Assembly (NCBI GenBank): GCA_028534125.1
Contig: CM052832.1
Coordinates: forward strand, 7,566,001 to 7,630,000
Direction of reading: 5' to 3'
Length of the DNA: 64,000 nt
DNA from: Lama glama
Taxonomy: Eukaryota
Under the pieces are notes generated by a model that was given only the letters and a program-made list of their open reading frames with translations, made no database searches and had not been told where the DNA came from. Positions 1 through 14,480 of the stretch are shown one piece after another (position 1 is the stretch's first letter; each line of letters opens with the position of its first letter). A program made the position numbers and the translations under genes.

Positions 1-524
1 TTTGCCAGTTGGCATACTCAAGGAGGTAAACTGGCTTTGGTAGTTTCTCAGTTCTACTTCATGGCTCTGACCGTGGCAATACATAACTAAACAAATCACT
101 TAAACAAATATGTGGCATAAATATTGATGGAGGCAAGGGAAACACCAGAATCTATAAATATATGACACCTGAATCCAATTAGTTCATGAAAGTTCCCCTT
201 CCAGCCTCCACCCGTGCCTATGAGGAGGCAGAGAGCAGGGCTTCCAGTCAGGCTCTGTACTAGGACTTTTCGCATTAACTCCCACATCCATCCTTCTGGA
301 CAGAAAATGATTGGGGTACAACAGGAATGAAATTTCTTAAGAATCATATCAGAAACTGTACCAGCCACTTGGCATGTATAATTTAGTATGATCCTTACAC
401 AATCCTGAAGTGTAGGTGCCATTACATTCGTACTAAAAATGGGAAATTGTTGCATCATTACTTAGCACAAGGTCTCACAGTGTCAGATCTGAAACATCAA
501 CTGATAACTTAGAGTTTAATTAGT

Positions 525-820
525 TTTGTTTTATTTTATGGAAGAATAGTTGACTTACAGTATTATATTGGAAGTTTCAGTTGTACAGTGTAGTAATTTG
601 ATATTTTATGGGTTATATGCCGTACAGAGTTATTGTCAGATACTGATTATATTCCCTGGGCAGTGCATTCCATCCTTGTAACTTTTTACTTTTATATCTA
701 GCAGTTTGTACCACTTGATCTCCTGCACTATTTTGCCCCCACCGCCCGCCTCCACACTCTCCCCTCTGGTAACCACTAGTTTGATTTCTGTATTTGTGAG
801 TCTGTTCCCATTTTGTTATA
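525..820 (-). mobile_element. LINE-1 3' end fragment (Laurasiatherian/artiodactyl L1MA-type)
   Basis: A T-rich tail followed by tagttgacttacagtattatatt...gtttcag.tgtacag...ggtaaccactagtttg resembles the antisense L1 3' UTR. Confidence 0.7.
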
Positions 821-1589
821 ATTGCCTTAATAACATGTTTGGACTCCTAAAATAATTGCTATGTATCTAAGTGTAGATCTCTTATGGACCATATGAAAGA
901 TTGTTTTCCTACTCCAAAAAACAAAACATGCTTACACAAGAATATTTACAAAAATTTGCCAGAGACTTTTAAAACTCCATTAAAAACTATATTAAACTGC
1001 CAGTTCTGTCTCAGTCCTGTGAAGTGCTAAATGTTGACTGGTCAAGTTACTGAATTTCCCATGTTTAAATATTGTTATATGAGGAAACTATTAAGCATGA
1101 GTTTACCCAAGGAAAACAGAAAAGTTAGCTGTCTACTATCTATGGGGTACAGTGGAGACAGGAAGTTACTGTCTGACAGGCTGGTTCGTATCCCATCTTC
1201 ATCACGTGAATACTCTGAGCTGCAGATTCCCGATCTATGACAAATCTATGAAATACTCATCTCACTTAACCTGTAGGATTTTTGTGAAGATCCGATGAAC
1301 TGACCATTTTTACAATATGTAAAAAGTGTCAGATACCTTGTAGTGTACTCAATAAATGCTAGTTTATGTTCTTGTTGCTCTTTTTAGTGATGCCACCCTT
1401 TCTAAAATTAAGTGTTGAAATCTATAATGACAGTTTCTGTCACTGGATCACATAGTTTATTTGGAGGGTAACACCTCCCACCCATTTCTGTTTTTAAAGG
1501 TGGGGGAAGGTGACAAACATTCTGCTTTAGGTGTTTAGGGGGAAAGGTGGCCCTAGGGAGATTATCCTTGATAGGTGTGAAGACTCTCA

Positions 1590-1993
1590 TGATAATGGAT
1601 ATCTCATGCTTGTCCCTTTGGATCCCCTTTTCACCCTTCCTTCTCTTCTGTAACCTGGGAGGCTAATCTCTTGCAATCTGCTTGCCTCCGACTTCTGCTT
1701 CAGTTTGGCCAGTGGGAGGCACCAGCAGGGGAGCTTAATGTAAGGCCAAGCTTGGTTGTGTCCCCATCAGGTAACTTCTCCAGCTTCTAGGTTCCAGTGT
1801 CAGTTGCCTTTCCCTTAACCCTCTAAGCATAATTTAATAATAGTTTCCTGTTGTTAAACCCAGGGGGCTACCACACTGTCCCATGGAGTTTCCCAAAACC
1901 TTCCCTGCATCTTTGTGAATAGTTTCTGTTTAAGTTCTTCTCCAGTTACCCCACTTAACTATGCTTTTTCCTTCCAAGACCCTGACTGATAAA
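1590..1993 (+). mobile_element. ERVL LTR33-like solo LTR (decayed)
   Basis: The motif tttggccagtgggaggcaccagcagg and the terminal ...gaccctgactgata resemble the recalled LTR33 family consensus. Confidence 0.55.
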
Positions 1994-2851
1994 CGTATAT
2001 TCAAATAAATATCAATGACCCCATCTGGGTCATTCCTACAGATGCTCTCAACACACATGTGTTAGCTGAGATTCAGCCAGGTAAATTCTAAAAATTGAAG
2101 TTTTCTCCAAATCCTGATTAGAGACTCAGAAGCACAATCTGATTCGCCTTTAGGCTGGAAATTCATCATGGCTAATATCTAACTGAACTAATTCCGGAAG
2201 AGTCAGGATATTTTCTTTAGACATTTTAGATAATCTGTAGCAAGGTCTCAGGACTCATTTCAGATTAATAACCTCAGTGTAGTCCGTGGCTTCCTTGTGG
2301 AACGTTTTGTACCTTTTGTACATTTTGAACATTTGCTGATTGAACTCTTCCATGTAGTATGTAAATTGTGGTACTTATCTCCCAATTCTTTTAATTTTCA
2401 GCATTAACTTGTTTAACTTATTTAAAATAAGAATTTTATAATATATTATATTATTTATTGTGCATCTTAACTCAAAAAATAAGCACAGTCTACATATTCT
2501 GAGATTAGGAACCATGTTTTGGTTTTTTTCTTGTTGTTTGCTTGCTTGCTTGCTTTGCTGTGCTTCTGATTAGCATAATCTCCAGTTTTAAGCTCAGTAA
2601 TTGGCCTGTACTAGGTGCTCAATAAATAGATATTGCACAAACCTGGGGCTAGTGTTCAGTTAAAAGTCATGGGTTTTTAACCTCCATGCTTATTTATTTC
2701 AATTTAGCTTCATCTGACAAGACTGTCGTTTGAAGGGTTGCCCTTCTGTGACTTCCCTTTTATGAACATCACTGCCCTGAGAGTCCACAAAAGGAAATAA
2801 AAGACTAATATTTGCTGGGCGTAATACATGTTTTAGATGTTATCTTTGTTT

Positions 2852-3108
2852 TGTTTTTTTAAACATTTTTTTATTGCGTTATAGTCATTTTACAACGTGG
2901 TGTCAAATTCCAGTGTAGAGGACAATTTTTCGTTGTACATGAACATACGTATATTCATTGTCACATTTTTTTTTCACTGTGAGCCATCACAAGATCTTGT
3001 ATGTATTTCCCTGTGCTATACCATACAATCTTGTTTATCTATTCTGCATATGCCTGTCAGTATCTACAAATTTTGAACTCCCAGTCTGTCCCTTCCCAAC
3101 CCCCTCCC
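2852..3108 (-). mobile_element. Young lineage-specific (camelid-type) L1 3' end, 5'-truncated
   Basis: T-tail followed by ttattgcgttatagtcattttacaacgtggtgtcaaattccagtgtagag... Flanked by tctttgttt at 2843-2851 and 3109-3117 (candidate TSD). Same family as the copy at 28219-28306. Confidence 0.75.
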
Positions 3109-4716
3109 TCTTTGTTTATTTTTTTCTTCCTCATTTGTTCTTTTTAACATCCCTGCAAGATAACTGTTACCATTCTTGGGTTGGTTGGTTCGTCTGGGTC
3201 AGTGCAGTCTCCATTACGTCTGGCTACTGGCCGCGCTCAGCTCAGCCCATGCTGGAACCCGCAGGCCTCAGCCTTCCTGCTCTGGCCCCTGTGCCAGTTC
3301 CCGGGCCTAGTCAGGCAGCTTCTTTTACGTGGCTTTTGCTCAGTTGCTTAACTACCATTTCACTTAATTCTAACACACATTAATGGAGAGTCTGTGCTCT
3401 GGAAGGGAAGCTTTTTTCTTGTAAAAAGATCTTTATAAAATAGGGTGGTAAGTGATAAGCCAGCTGAAGTTGTGCAAGGTCCCCAGGAGGCACAATGGAA
3501 GGGGAGTGGTTAGGTCTGTGCTTGAGTCAGGGGAGGACCTCAGATGCTGCGGCGCCTCGCGTGCACCTTTGAAGGACACGGGGTTCTGTCCTCCCTGTGC
3601 TGTCTGCTTTTTCACATGTGCCTGTGTGAGTGTCATTGGATGATGGTAACATTTTATCCTGATCTGAATAAATCTTTTAAGAATATCCTAGTGTGGCTTT
3701 TAGTAGTAAATCTAAAACATTTTCTCTGCTTGCGAAATCATCAGTAATTTTTTTTTCTTTTCTTATATAGATTGCTATTCCCCCTACTCATCCCTGCCCA
3801 GGATCTCTTTTGCATAGTGCTTGGTAGTTCTCCAGGTGCCTGCCCGCATTGTTTCATCCGGCTTCACAGTGACCTGTCTGTGTAACAAGACCTGTGCTGT
3901 ATCACCTTCCTGAGCCCTTTTTAATCGCCTTTTAAATTCTCAGGTGGAATTTGGGACTGACACCTGAGCCTAGGAAACCTGACTTTTCATTTAGTTTTAC
4001 ATATACTACATCTAATTTGATAAATACTATATACAACATTGATGGGTTTTCCTATGCAAGCAATGTTTGGATACAAAATTTGAATAAGGGCTACTTTCTC
4101 TGACCGACTGAGGCGAAAGTACATACAAATTACCTGTGCTCCTCATATGATAAAAGCGTACAGCAGAGTGGAAATGGATAGAGACCAATCTCTTTTACGC
4201 GTTAGTGATTGCGTTGCTTTAATCCTGTCTTTGGCTTTCAAATGTATCTGGAACTATTGGGTAGGATACTGGAATAATTAACTACATCACCTGCTGATTT
4301 GTGTACTATGGCAAACATTATGGTAAAGCAGGTCATTAATGCTAAGTAACCATCTAGCCTCCTACTTCCTGCCACACGCATCGAGTTAATTGGCTTGGTT
4401 GCCCTTTCCATTGGTATAATAACGAAGTGGATTTTCCTTTGAAAATTGACTCCCATCTGCACCTCACCAAGTGGTACTATTTCTTCTTATGATTCTTCTT
4501 TTTTATGTCTTCTCTCATTGATGAAAGTGCTTAATTATGGAGCCAAAAGTAAACTATAACTAGGGTTAAATATTAGGATCAGAAAGCAAAAGCCAACAGG
4601 CTCTTTGGAGCTCATCGGGGTGCCCCTCTCATCAGGTCCCACCTGAAGAACCTGAGAATCAGAGAGATCAGCTATTCTGTTCAAAACTGTAATTTCAAAA
4701 ATGTATGCAGAGGGAT

Positions 4717-4850
4717 GGGTGGAGGGTATAGCTAGTGGTAGAGCGTGTGCCTAGCATGCAGGAAGTCCTGGGTTCAATCCCCAGTATCTCCATTAAATAA
4801 ATAAGTTAAATAAACCTAATTACCTCCCCCCAAAAATAATTTTTAAAAAA
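4717..4850 (+). mobile_element. tRNA-derived SINE, camelid vic-1-like
   Basis: Pol III A-box TAGCT-AGTGG (4729-4738) and B-box GGTTCAATCCC (4771-4781), followed by aaataaataa...cctaattacctccccc and an A-rich tail. Confidence 0.8.
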
Positions 4851-7499
4851 CTTTTAATGCATGTACACTAACACGTGAATTGTATTTCATGGTGAAGGGA
4901 TTCTACATGAGAAATTATTAGGGAAGCTACTGGTTCTTATCAAAAGGTGCCCACATGTAGTTTTCCCTTTACCTTTAAGTGAGAGTTACTTAAAACTTGT
5001 AAGAAAGTGCTTCTGGTGATACACACTCACGTATGTATGAGTTTGTATATACATACAAATGTGTATGTGTATATATATACACCTGTGTGTGTGTATATAT
5101 GTATGTGTATAACTTATCCATACAGATTTTCACACCCTAAATTTGTTTATGGTAAAATAAGTCATAAGTGCTAAGTAATAGTCCAATGATAGCTTAAAAA
5201 TTGTAAACTTTTATGGTGATCCTGAAATTTAATTTCCCAGTTCTAAATGAATGTAGACAGCATTTATTCAGGGCTTACTTTATGCCACGTGACATTATCT
5301 CCCTTAAACATCAAGCGATAGGCATTTAAAAAATTTATGAGAGGAAAAATTCAAGATGGTTCTAGAAACTTTTTTAAAGAAATGGTTTTGTTAAAGCTTC
5401 TCGATTAAACTACTTGTGAAATAAATTTGTATAGTGGAGACTCCATGGAGATAATCTGCCGAGTTAGACCTTAAAATGGAAGCAGTAATCAGAATGCTCT
5501 GGAAAACCCCTCAGGCTCCACAGCACTGACAGAGGAAACCAAGCTTTAGCTGAGTTTCATAGCCCACTCTTGCCCTCCTTGTGCGTGGATCAGGCTCTGA
5601 AACCCAGCATCAAAAGCTGCAATTCTAAAATTCTAAAGTTGGCATCTTATCCATGTATTTTCTCAACAAAAAAGACAAAATTATAAAATTGCCTTTGCCA
5701 AAACAAGGGTGATAGTAATAAAGATAAAATTAGAAATCAGTTTTCCTCTTTCCTTATGATTCTTAAGCATTACTTTTGGTAATTTTTCCAGTCATCACAT
5801 CGGTCTGTGTGTGGTCTGGTGTAAGGCAGTGCTTTTAATACTCTGATCTAAACATGAAGACTTAGTACGAGACCTGTGTTTCTTCCTCAGCATCTAGGGT
5901 GAAATGGAATCTGGTTATCGTGTGAAAATTTTGGTAGCGTTCTGAAAAAAGGTAATTAGAGTTCTGTCTGTTATTTTTTTGTCCTTTGGAGAAATAAGTA
6001 ATGGCTACAACTCTTTGGGTGGATGCCTTTTTAGAAGTGTGAACAGAAGGGAAAATGGAAGGAGACAAAAAGATGCCAAGAAATAAGCAGAGAAGAAAAA
6101 AACACATTATTACATGTAGATAAGGAAAGTACACATTTTGTAGGCTACCAAAAATTTTTATGCTTCTAAAATTTTAGGAAATGCAAATGAAATGTATGTA
6201 TTTGTTCCTTTAAACTGTATCATTTTTCAGTTACTGACTATCCAAAAGATAGCTGTATGTAACAATGAACAAATTCAAGATCTGCTACCATCTTTGTACA
6301 ATTTTCATTGTATTTTAGTTTAAATAGTTAAATAGAATCTTATTTTAAATGGTTAAATAGAAAGTAGTTAAATTTTAAATAGTACTAACTGTAGTGAAGT
6401 CATAGTATAGTATTTAAATTATTATCTAGTTTAGTATAGTACAGTACTTTAGGAGTACTATAATAGTTAAAGCATAGTCTAGTCTATTACTTTAGTTTCA
6501 GCTTCAAAAACTTTCCAAAATACCCTTTTGCTTACTTTCAAAACTTGATATTTAAACTTGAAAGTTGCTTACAAATAACTTACATGCAAAAAGGTTTACA
6601 AGAAAACTTTCAGATGATTGTTCTCCTAATTTCACATTTAAATAAGAATAACTAAAGAATTAGTTTCTTGTCAGGGTGGCTGTTTTTATACCATATATAG
6701 AGTCATTGTTTACTGGATGTTTTTTAAGCTTTGCAGGCTTATGTTGATTGTGTCTTAGTAATTCTTTAAAATATGTATAAATTAAAATGAATTGAGTCAT
6801 GAGGTACTGATGATTATAGCCTTATCATATTTTTTAAAATTTGACTAACTGTGTTTGACTTACTATTCTACAAAGAAGAGTTAAAATGAAATTCTCAAAA
6901 GTTAGGCACATCTTTTATCAATTTATATACTTGTTTATGTTTCAAATGTCTAAGACAGTGGAAGACCAGTCACCAAAAAGAATAAGGAGATCATATGATA
7001 GGAAAATACTAAGTCAAATATCTTACATTTATAGTATTCTGAATGTTGACTGTATTCAGTTACAGATCCGTTTCATTTCAAACACTTGCTGAGTTCTCAG
7101 TCCTCAAGCTGTGTCTCTGTGAAGTAACTGACTTGAATGTTTTGATCCAAACCTTATTTTTTTTTTTTTTGGCAACCATTTCTTTGCCAGCAATGAAAAT
7201 GTTTTGAAAGGCAAATAAATGTTTTTGTGGGTAGACTTTTCTATGCACTGTGAGGGCTTTATTTAGTGATGGTACCTTCCTGTGTTCTGAATAAGAAATT
7301 AATCTTAGCAAGAAAGGTGAATGGCTTGATTTTAAGCATTTGTTAATTAGTACCCGTTTTGTGTACCTGGACATCTCTTGTAGGTTTGTTGTGAGGGTTC
7401 AGTGAGATAATATCTAGAATGCACGAAGCACAGGATAATATAGTCAGTAAATGTCAGTGTGAAAAAGGAGAATCTGTGTAAACATGGGTGATACATTGT

Positions 7500-9430
7500 T
7501 TATTTCCAGACCTTCTCAAAACCCCACTAAATGACAGCAAACTAATTTTTAAAAGCATAAATCTATGAAGATCAAGAAAATGGGAGAATAAATAGCAGAT
7601 GAGACATATCAAAAAATTACGGGAACTTAAAAGAGGTTAGAAATATTGAAGGTTTAACAGATTTGAGAAAAATGAAGGCTTTCAACCTGGAAAAAATCAG
7701 GATTCAAGTTACCTCTGACAAAAGAAGTCTTACGTAGATGAAAAACAGGAGGATTAGTAGAAAGTAAGGGAGTAATTTTACCCCAGTACCTTATCAAAAC
7801 CACACAGGCTGTCAACTGCCCTTTGCCATTCTGGCAAAACAGTATAGGCTTACTGTCTGGAGAGACTGAATAAAAGAGAACTCTGGTATTAGAGATCTAA
7901 CACAAAGACCACCAGCTTTCTATTAATAGCCATTCTAGAAAGAATCCAGAAAACAGAAGAAAAGAAATTTTCAGAGTAATCCAAGAAAATTTCCAGACAT
8001 GGAGGACAAGAATATACAGGGTTACAGTACCCCTGTGAGAACCAGGTATGTATATGAAGAAAGATTACCCGCCCACGCAGACATTGCATCGTGAAATTTT
8101 GGAACTTCAGGTATAAAAAGAAAAATAGTAAAGGTTTCTTAGCAGGGGATTGGGTGCAGGGGAAGCTCATACAAAGGTTTAGGAATTAAAAAATAACTGG
8201 ATTCTCAACAGCAACATTTTAAGCTAGAAGACAGGAGCAATGTCTGCTGAAAATTCTCAGGGAAAATGATTTTTAATCTCAAATCCTATACCTAGTTAGA
8301 TTATCAGTTGAATACAAGGGCGGCATAAATGAATTTTCAGAATACAGCATCCTTAAAAGTTTATTTTTTTTCATGCACCCTTTCTCAGGAAACTGTCAGA
8401 GGTATTTTTCAGCTGCAGCCCACCTCTAGAGGAGGGAGGGAGATACTGCACTTTCAGTTTATTCTTAATTGCCTGCTTAAAAAAAAATTGATCAGTATTC
8501 TTCAGAGGAACATAACAGAATCCAGAGACCTTTCAGTGTATCATTTATAATATTTCATATAAAATCACAGATTCATTGAAATATGTAGTAACAGGAAAAC
8601 AGGACCCAAACCCAAGAGAAAAGACAGAATGGTGACAGACTCCAGGATGCCCCAGATGTTGAAACAGTAGACAGGGATTTTTAAAGCAGCTATTACAACT
8701 CTGCTCAAAAACAAAAAAGAGACTTTTTAAACTTTAAAAACTTCAGAGAATGTGCTCTACCACATTATGGAAGTAAATTAAGTAAGAACAAATGGGATCA
8801 AGAAAACAAAAGTCCAAAATATAATTGTTGGAAAGAGTCTGACAGACTTCAGATGAGTCTCTGAGAGAAAACAAAACAATGAAATTGAAAGAAATCCTTA
8901 TATGTTTCAAATATTGCAAATAATGTGGTTGAAATAGTGTTGGGTTCACAAAAAAATTAAGCCAAAAAAAGAAAAGGAAATTCTTAACTATAGGAAAAAA
9001 CTTTTTTTTTAATTTGTAAAAAGAAATCTGATCATAGTGGCCAAGCTGTAACAGTGTCTGTGCAGTCATAACAATATAAACACTATATATTAATTTAACA
9101 AAAAATTATATTTTAAAAGTAAGATCAAGATGGGAGGAAGGAAATAATTAAATATGAGATAGCTGAGGACACTAAATCTTCATTTTCCATAGTAAGTCAA
9201 TTGGTAGTTTTTAAAGCTGAAAAATAAAACTAGTGTTATAAGTACATTTCAAATATGGGAGTAAATAACAGAAGAACAAGCTAGAAAAGTTGAAAGTATT
9301 TGCCTTTGGAAGCAGAATTACTGACTGGAAGGATGTGTGGCTAGGTATTCCTGTCTGTCATTATAAAACTTAAGAGTATTATTTGACTTCTAGTGTTACA
9401 TATATTTTAACTGAGATAGTAATTTTTAAA
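7500..9430 (+). mobile_element. Ancient HAL1/L1M ORF1-derived fossil, interrupted by another old L1 fragment (about 8480-8720)
   Basis: The ORF1-like segment gattctcaacagcaaca...gctagaagaca...aaaattctcagggaaaatgatttt...ccctttctcaggaaact and a HAL1-like 3' end near 9300-9420. No intact ORF. Confidence 0.6.
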
Positions 9431-10511
9431 TTAGAATTAAATATTTTAATGCCTATAGCACAGTGCCTGTACGGCCTCAGTATAAATTAGGTACTTAATA
9501 GATGGTCACTGTTACTATTATTATTATTAAGATTATTATTAATCATTAAAATCATTGCTTACCCATTTTAATTGGGAAAAAATACATAATCTTGCAAATC
9601 CAGGGAACTTGTTTGATTTGTTTGATGTTATGCAGTTACTCAGTGGTCCAACTAGAATTAGAGTCTTGTTTTCCTAATTCCTACTTCCTTTAGTCACAAC
9701 ATGGAAGATTCGGAGAGGATCTTTGAGGTTATCTATGGCTGACAAATACGGCAGCAAGCAGAGCTATTTTTTCCTAACCTAGTCCCTGGCCCAATAAATA
9801 GTGCATGATAGACCAACGGATAGAAAGACAAATAAATTTTAGGCCAGGTGACAGCCTGCCCTCTAAGATTTTACCTCTTCCATCACGTAGCTTCTGACAA
9901 CTCCTATCTTTTAGTGTGTATTTAATTATCATTTATTCTCAGAAGGAAAGATCCAGAGATTTAGCCAGAATCCAAAGGAAAGAGATACAATAGAAGTGTG
10001 GTTAAAATGCAGTACTTTCAGGATGTTAATGTGAACTCGTTGGATTGATTTTGCTGTACTTTTGAAACCTTTTAGAACCTCAGAGAAATCTTTCTGCTGA
10101 ATTTACATGGGCCCTAGCCAAATGCAGGGGTTATTGATTTCATCTAGTTCAATTCATTTATATTATACGAGGGAAAATTGAAAACCGTCAAGGGGGTTGC
10201 CCATTGGGGGAATGGTGGTCCTGAACCTAGAGATATTGTCCAAAAGGAAGTTGAGAAGTGAAGGTGTTAGGTGACTGATTAAGGATGATAAAGAAGAAAC
10301 TTGTTGACAGGTACAATTAAGATATTGTCAAGTGAGCATATACGTTCCGTGCCTAAGTTAGATAATAAACACTATTGTATGAAGATAATCAAAGATCTTT
10401 TATTGTTTTTGGAAAATTATTTTATAGTCTGTATTTTAAAGAAGAAAGTGCTATATCCCATAAAGATATCCTATAAAGAATCAAGAATACCTCATAATTT
10501 GAATATAATAC

Positions 10512-11044
10512 TATATTAGGGCTCTCCAGAAAGCTAGAACGAATAAGATATGTGTGTGAGAGAGTGAGTGAGTGAGTGTGTGTGTGTGTGTGCGTGCGTG
10601 CGTGCATAGACAGATAGATTTATTATAAGGAGGTGGCTTTCATAACTTTGGAGGCTGAGTATCCCAAGTTCTCTAGTTGGCAAACCAGAGACCCAGGAAA
10701 GGCAAAGTGTAGTTCAAGTTTGAGTTCAAAAGCCTGAGAACGAGGAGATGTTTTGGTTTAAGTTAAAAGTCTGGAAAAGACCCGTGTCCCAGGTCAAGGC
10801 AGTCGGGTAGAAGACGTTCCCTCTTATTCAGCCTTTTTGTTCCATTCACTGATTCAACTATTGATGGAAGCCCACTCACATTAGCAAGAGCTGGGGGCAG
10901 GGGGCAGTCTGCTTTCTCAGCTTAGGGATTCCAGTGTTCATATCATCCAGAAATACCCTCACAGTCACACTCAGAATAATGTTTGACCAAATGTCTGGGT
11001 ACCCCATGGCCTAGTTAAGTTGATGCATAAAATGAACTGTCACA
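10512..11044 (-). mobile_element. MLT2 (ERVL) solo LTR with an internal (GT/GAGT/GC) microsatellite
   Basis: The termini tatattagggctctccaga and aagttgatgcataaaatgaactgtcaca match the reverse of the MLT2 ends. Flanks are aatac/agtac (5-bp TSD, 1 mismatch). Confidence 0.85.
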
Positions 11045-14000
11045 AGTACACAAGGGCGTAAAGATAGAACTGAAATTATTGGAGCTTAGATGTAGGAAAA
11101 TATGGCAGAAAAAACAAGAGATTTAATGAGAATGAAGGGATAGGGAAAATCCATGAGTCCGTTAGCCTTTAAAGACAACATTTAAGTCAGGTAACAGTGA
11201 ATTGTCATAAATCCTGGAACAAGATTTGTGAACATCATATTTAAGGAAGATCAAATCTAGGATGCATCACCATTTGGAGACACTGAAATTGAAATTTGGA
11301 AACCAGTGAGTGAAAAGTTCCAAAGGCCTGGATTCAGATGAATACTGTGGAGGTGGAGAGCAAATCCAGGGCCCTGCACAGATTAAAACAAACAACAAAA
11401 TCAGCAGAAGTTGGTGAAAATAAAATAGAGTGAGAGAAAAAAAACCGTTCGAATGTTAGTGTCATTGATAGCAATGAGAGATTGAGAAGAGATTTATTTG
11501 TAGGATTAAAGACGAGGCATTTAGGATGACGTGTAAAGTTTAAATTGTGCCTTTTATGCTCAACCTGCAGATAAAGTATCATAAGATAATTAAAATGCGA
11601 ATACGATGAGTGTTAATATGCTAGGGGAAGTTTTTTTTTCAAGCAGTTGCTACAAGTATAACATTGTTTTTACTTTGAAGAATAGAAATAATATCAGAAA
11701 AAATGCTGTAGGTGACTTGCTGTTGTAGAACCAGGTCTTTTAGCAAAATATTTTACTAAGTTGCAGATAAACCTCTGTAAGGGTACTGTCACCATACTTT
11801 TGTCCATATAGTTAAGAAATTAATTTTGTATTCTCATTCAACTAGTAATTGGTCTTAAAGTATTCCTCTGCTCTGTCAATTCTTGCATATTTTATAATGC
11901 AATTAAATGTATACTGCTTTCATTGTAATGAAAAAATTATAAAATGTACTATCATTTCATGTCATTTTAATCACTGCCAGAAATATTCAACTTGCTACAG
12001 TGAGTAATAAAGTACACTTCCATTCATTTTCAGGGATTATGAAATTGAGGAATTTTTTATAATATGAAATAAACTTTTTTTTTAAATACTGAAGGTATTA
12101 GGAATATTTTGTGATTTCAGTTTCCTGGTTCCAGCATTGTTTCCACATTAAATGCACCAGCCTCTTGTGGACTGGACCGCCACGCTGCGAGCCTGCTTTT
12201 TAAAGCTTGTGTTTGTTAAGCAGAAATTTCTTTACTCTCTCTGGTAATTGTAGACAGAAATTCTAGAAGCCCCCATGGGTGGTACACACTTTATTGTGAT
12301 GACTATAATTAGCTGATAAACTTGCTCTCCTCACTCGGTAGAGAAGAGGAGGTGAGGGTGGGGGAGAGGTGATTTTGGAGCAGGGGACACATCGGGGCTT
12401 GGGAAGCTTGGTGCAGTGACACAGTGACAGCTTTCAGTCCTGAGGACTCACTTCCTGGGAGTCCAAGGCATAGCACGGTGGAGAGTGCAAGCAGTGGGCC
12501 TGCTAGTGAGGGTGCTGGGGTAGGTGAGGGATTCCAGTAAACTAGATTGATGGAAACTAAAGGTAAAGTTTTCCTGCCAATCATGACAACATAACACGAC
12601 ATAAATTCCGGATCCCTACGGTAGTTGTATACTGGATTGGAAAAGTTTATTTTACAGTGGCTAACCCTCTGCCTTTATTTTCCATTTTCTTTTTCCTCTT
12701 CTTTTTTTTTTTCTTTTTATTCTTCTGTTGTTGTTCTAGTGGATGTGTTTATAAACTGATGTTTTGGAAAGTGTTATAAATACAGATTATTTACATGTAG
12801 TGGGGATAAGCAGTTGATTAATTGGGAAAGCTGTTTAGGGATATATATGTATCCTGATTCTCTCTTAGCATGAGTAAAATTATTTATATCTGTATAGTAT
12901 CTTACAGTTTTCAAATCACCACCATCCTTCATTTAAGAAAATACGCAGTTCCTTGACAGTGCTGCCTCCTGGTCCTGTGTGTGTCCAGACAAGTGGACAC
13001 TGAGCCCCTGTTCCTCTCCACACTGATTCTATGTATTTTATACTGTGATAGAAATGTTTTTATTTGAAAAAACACATGTACACACATTTCCTTGACATTC
13101 TTCCAGTTTTTAGAAAAATACATTCACATTTTTCCTGCTGAAAACTTAGTTTCTTTTGGGGTAGATATATCATCTTTTTAAAAACCTTTCCCCCAAGATT
13201 TCTTTTTAAATGGTTCACAGTTAAATTTAAATTTCTATATTTAGGTAGAATTATGTTTACATACCAACCACCAGTATCCAGGAAATTCAGTGGTAAGGCT
13301 GACACATAGGGAGTTTATAGTCTATTTTGTAGTCTGTGTATTTAGACAAGGTTTGAAGCTTACTTAGCAAAATCGCTTGAACATTCAGAATTTCTTCAGT
13401 ACAAATGCACTATTTGATTTCTTATAATTGTTAAGATAACAGTGTGTCACTTTTTAAAGATTAGTTCTTAGAAATACGCGTTAGATTTATTCCTTTCAAA
13501 GAAAGATGCATTCAGAAACAGCTTTTATATGTAAATATTTTTATAATATTGGATAGAGTTGGTTTGGTGCAATCACCATGGTTTGATCAAATTTGGAAGA
13601 AGTTACAGGCACATTTTTGTAGTGTTTTCTCCAGCATCTTTATTTTTTTCAGCTGGATGTATTTTATGTTCCTTCCAGCTAATCAAAATAAGAAACTGAT
13701 TTTGCCTGTGCCAAAAAATAGAACTATCATTTTTCACATTCTTTTATTTTCCAGGTCATTTTCAAGTAAGATTGTGTTTCTAGGACTTCTGAATTCCAGA
13801 AAACTCTCGACTTTGTAGATACAAGGGCCCAGATGAACATTTCAGGGGGAATCTAACTTTTCATGCAGTATGTTTTGTGTTGTGCATTCCAGATACAGTT
13901 AACTTTTTGTGTGTGTGTGATTAGTGTGGAAAGAAATTAATGCAGTCCAGTATTATGATTTATGGACTGAATCCTTTGCCCACTGAAGACTTGCCAAAAC

Positions 14001-14480
14001 TAAAACTATTTTTTTTCCTTTGGATATTAGAAACAGCTACTGTTTTTGTTGATCTTTTAAAGTTCTGAATGGGCCTATTTCAAATCATACCAGCATGGGA
14101 GCTCACATTAATAATATACTTATTCAACTAGTGATACTGAGTGAAACCATTGCTCACATGGATATGAGGATAAAATTTCATAAAATTATTTTCAGGTGCA
14201 TTAATGCATTTCTGGAAGCTGCGCATGATTTTTCTTTTGCATGAAAGTAATCAAGGATCACTGTTTATTGTATCAGTTACAGGTGGGCTTGTAAGTTCAT
14301 TTAATTGCATTTTTTTCTTTTATATCTTTAAACATAAGACATTTTCCTTTTAAAAGCAGTAACGTGATTGCTGGATGGTTCCCAAAGGTTTTTAACTCTT
14401 AGTGTATTTCTCTCTTTTGAGATACCATAACTGTAGTGTATTTAATTTAGATTATTGGGAAAAATTTCCTTTGTTGTTAG

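Noticed and set aside
2958..3383. 141-aa hydrophobic ORF (likewise 45124..45549 and 47247..47636)
   Set aside because: It begins in antisense L1 and T-rich sequence. None of these resembles a protein family I recognise, they use non-ATG starts, and their lengths fit chance.
4721..4792. Possible tRNA-Ala gene
   Set aside because: The A-box has a deletion, the acceptor stem pairs poorly, and it continues into a SINE tail. It is a SINE, not a tRNA gene.
6310..6500. Quasi-periodic tagtt/aaatag repeats resembling an array
   Set aside because: AT-rich low-complexity DNA with no constant repeat/spacer structure. CRISPR is not applicable to this mammalian locus.
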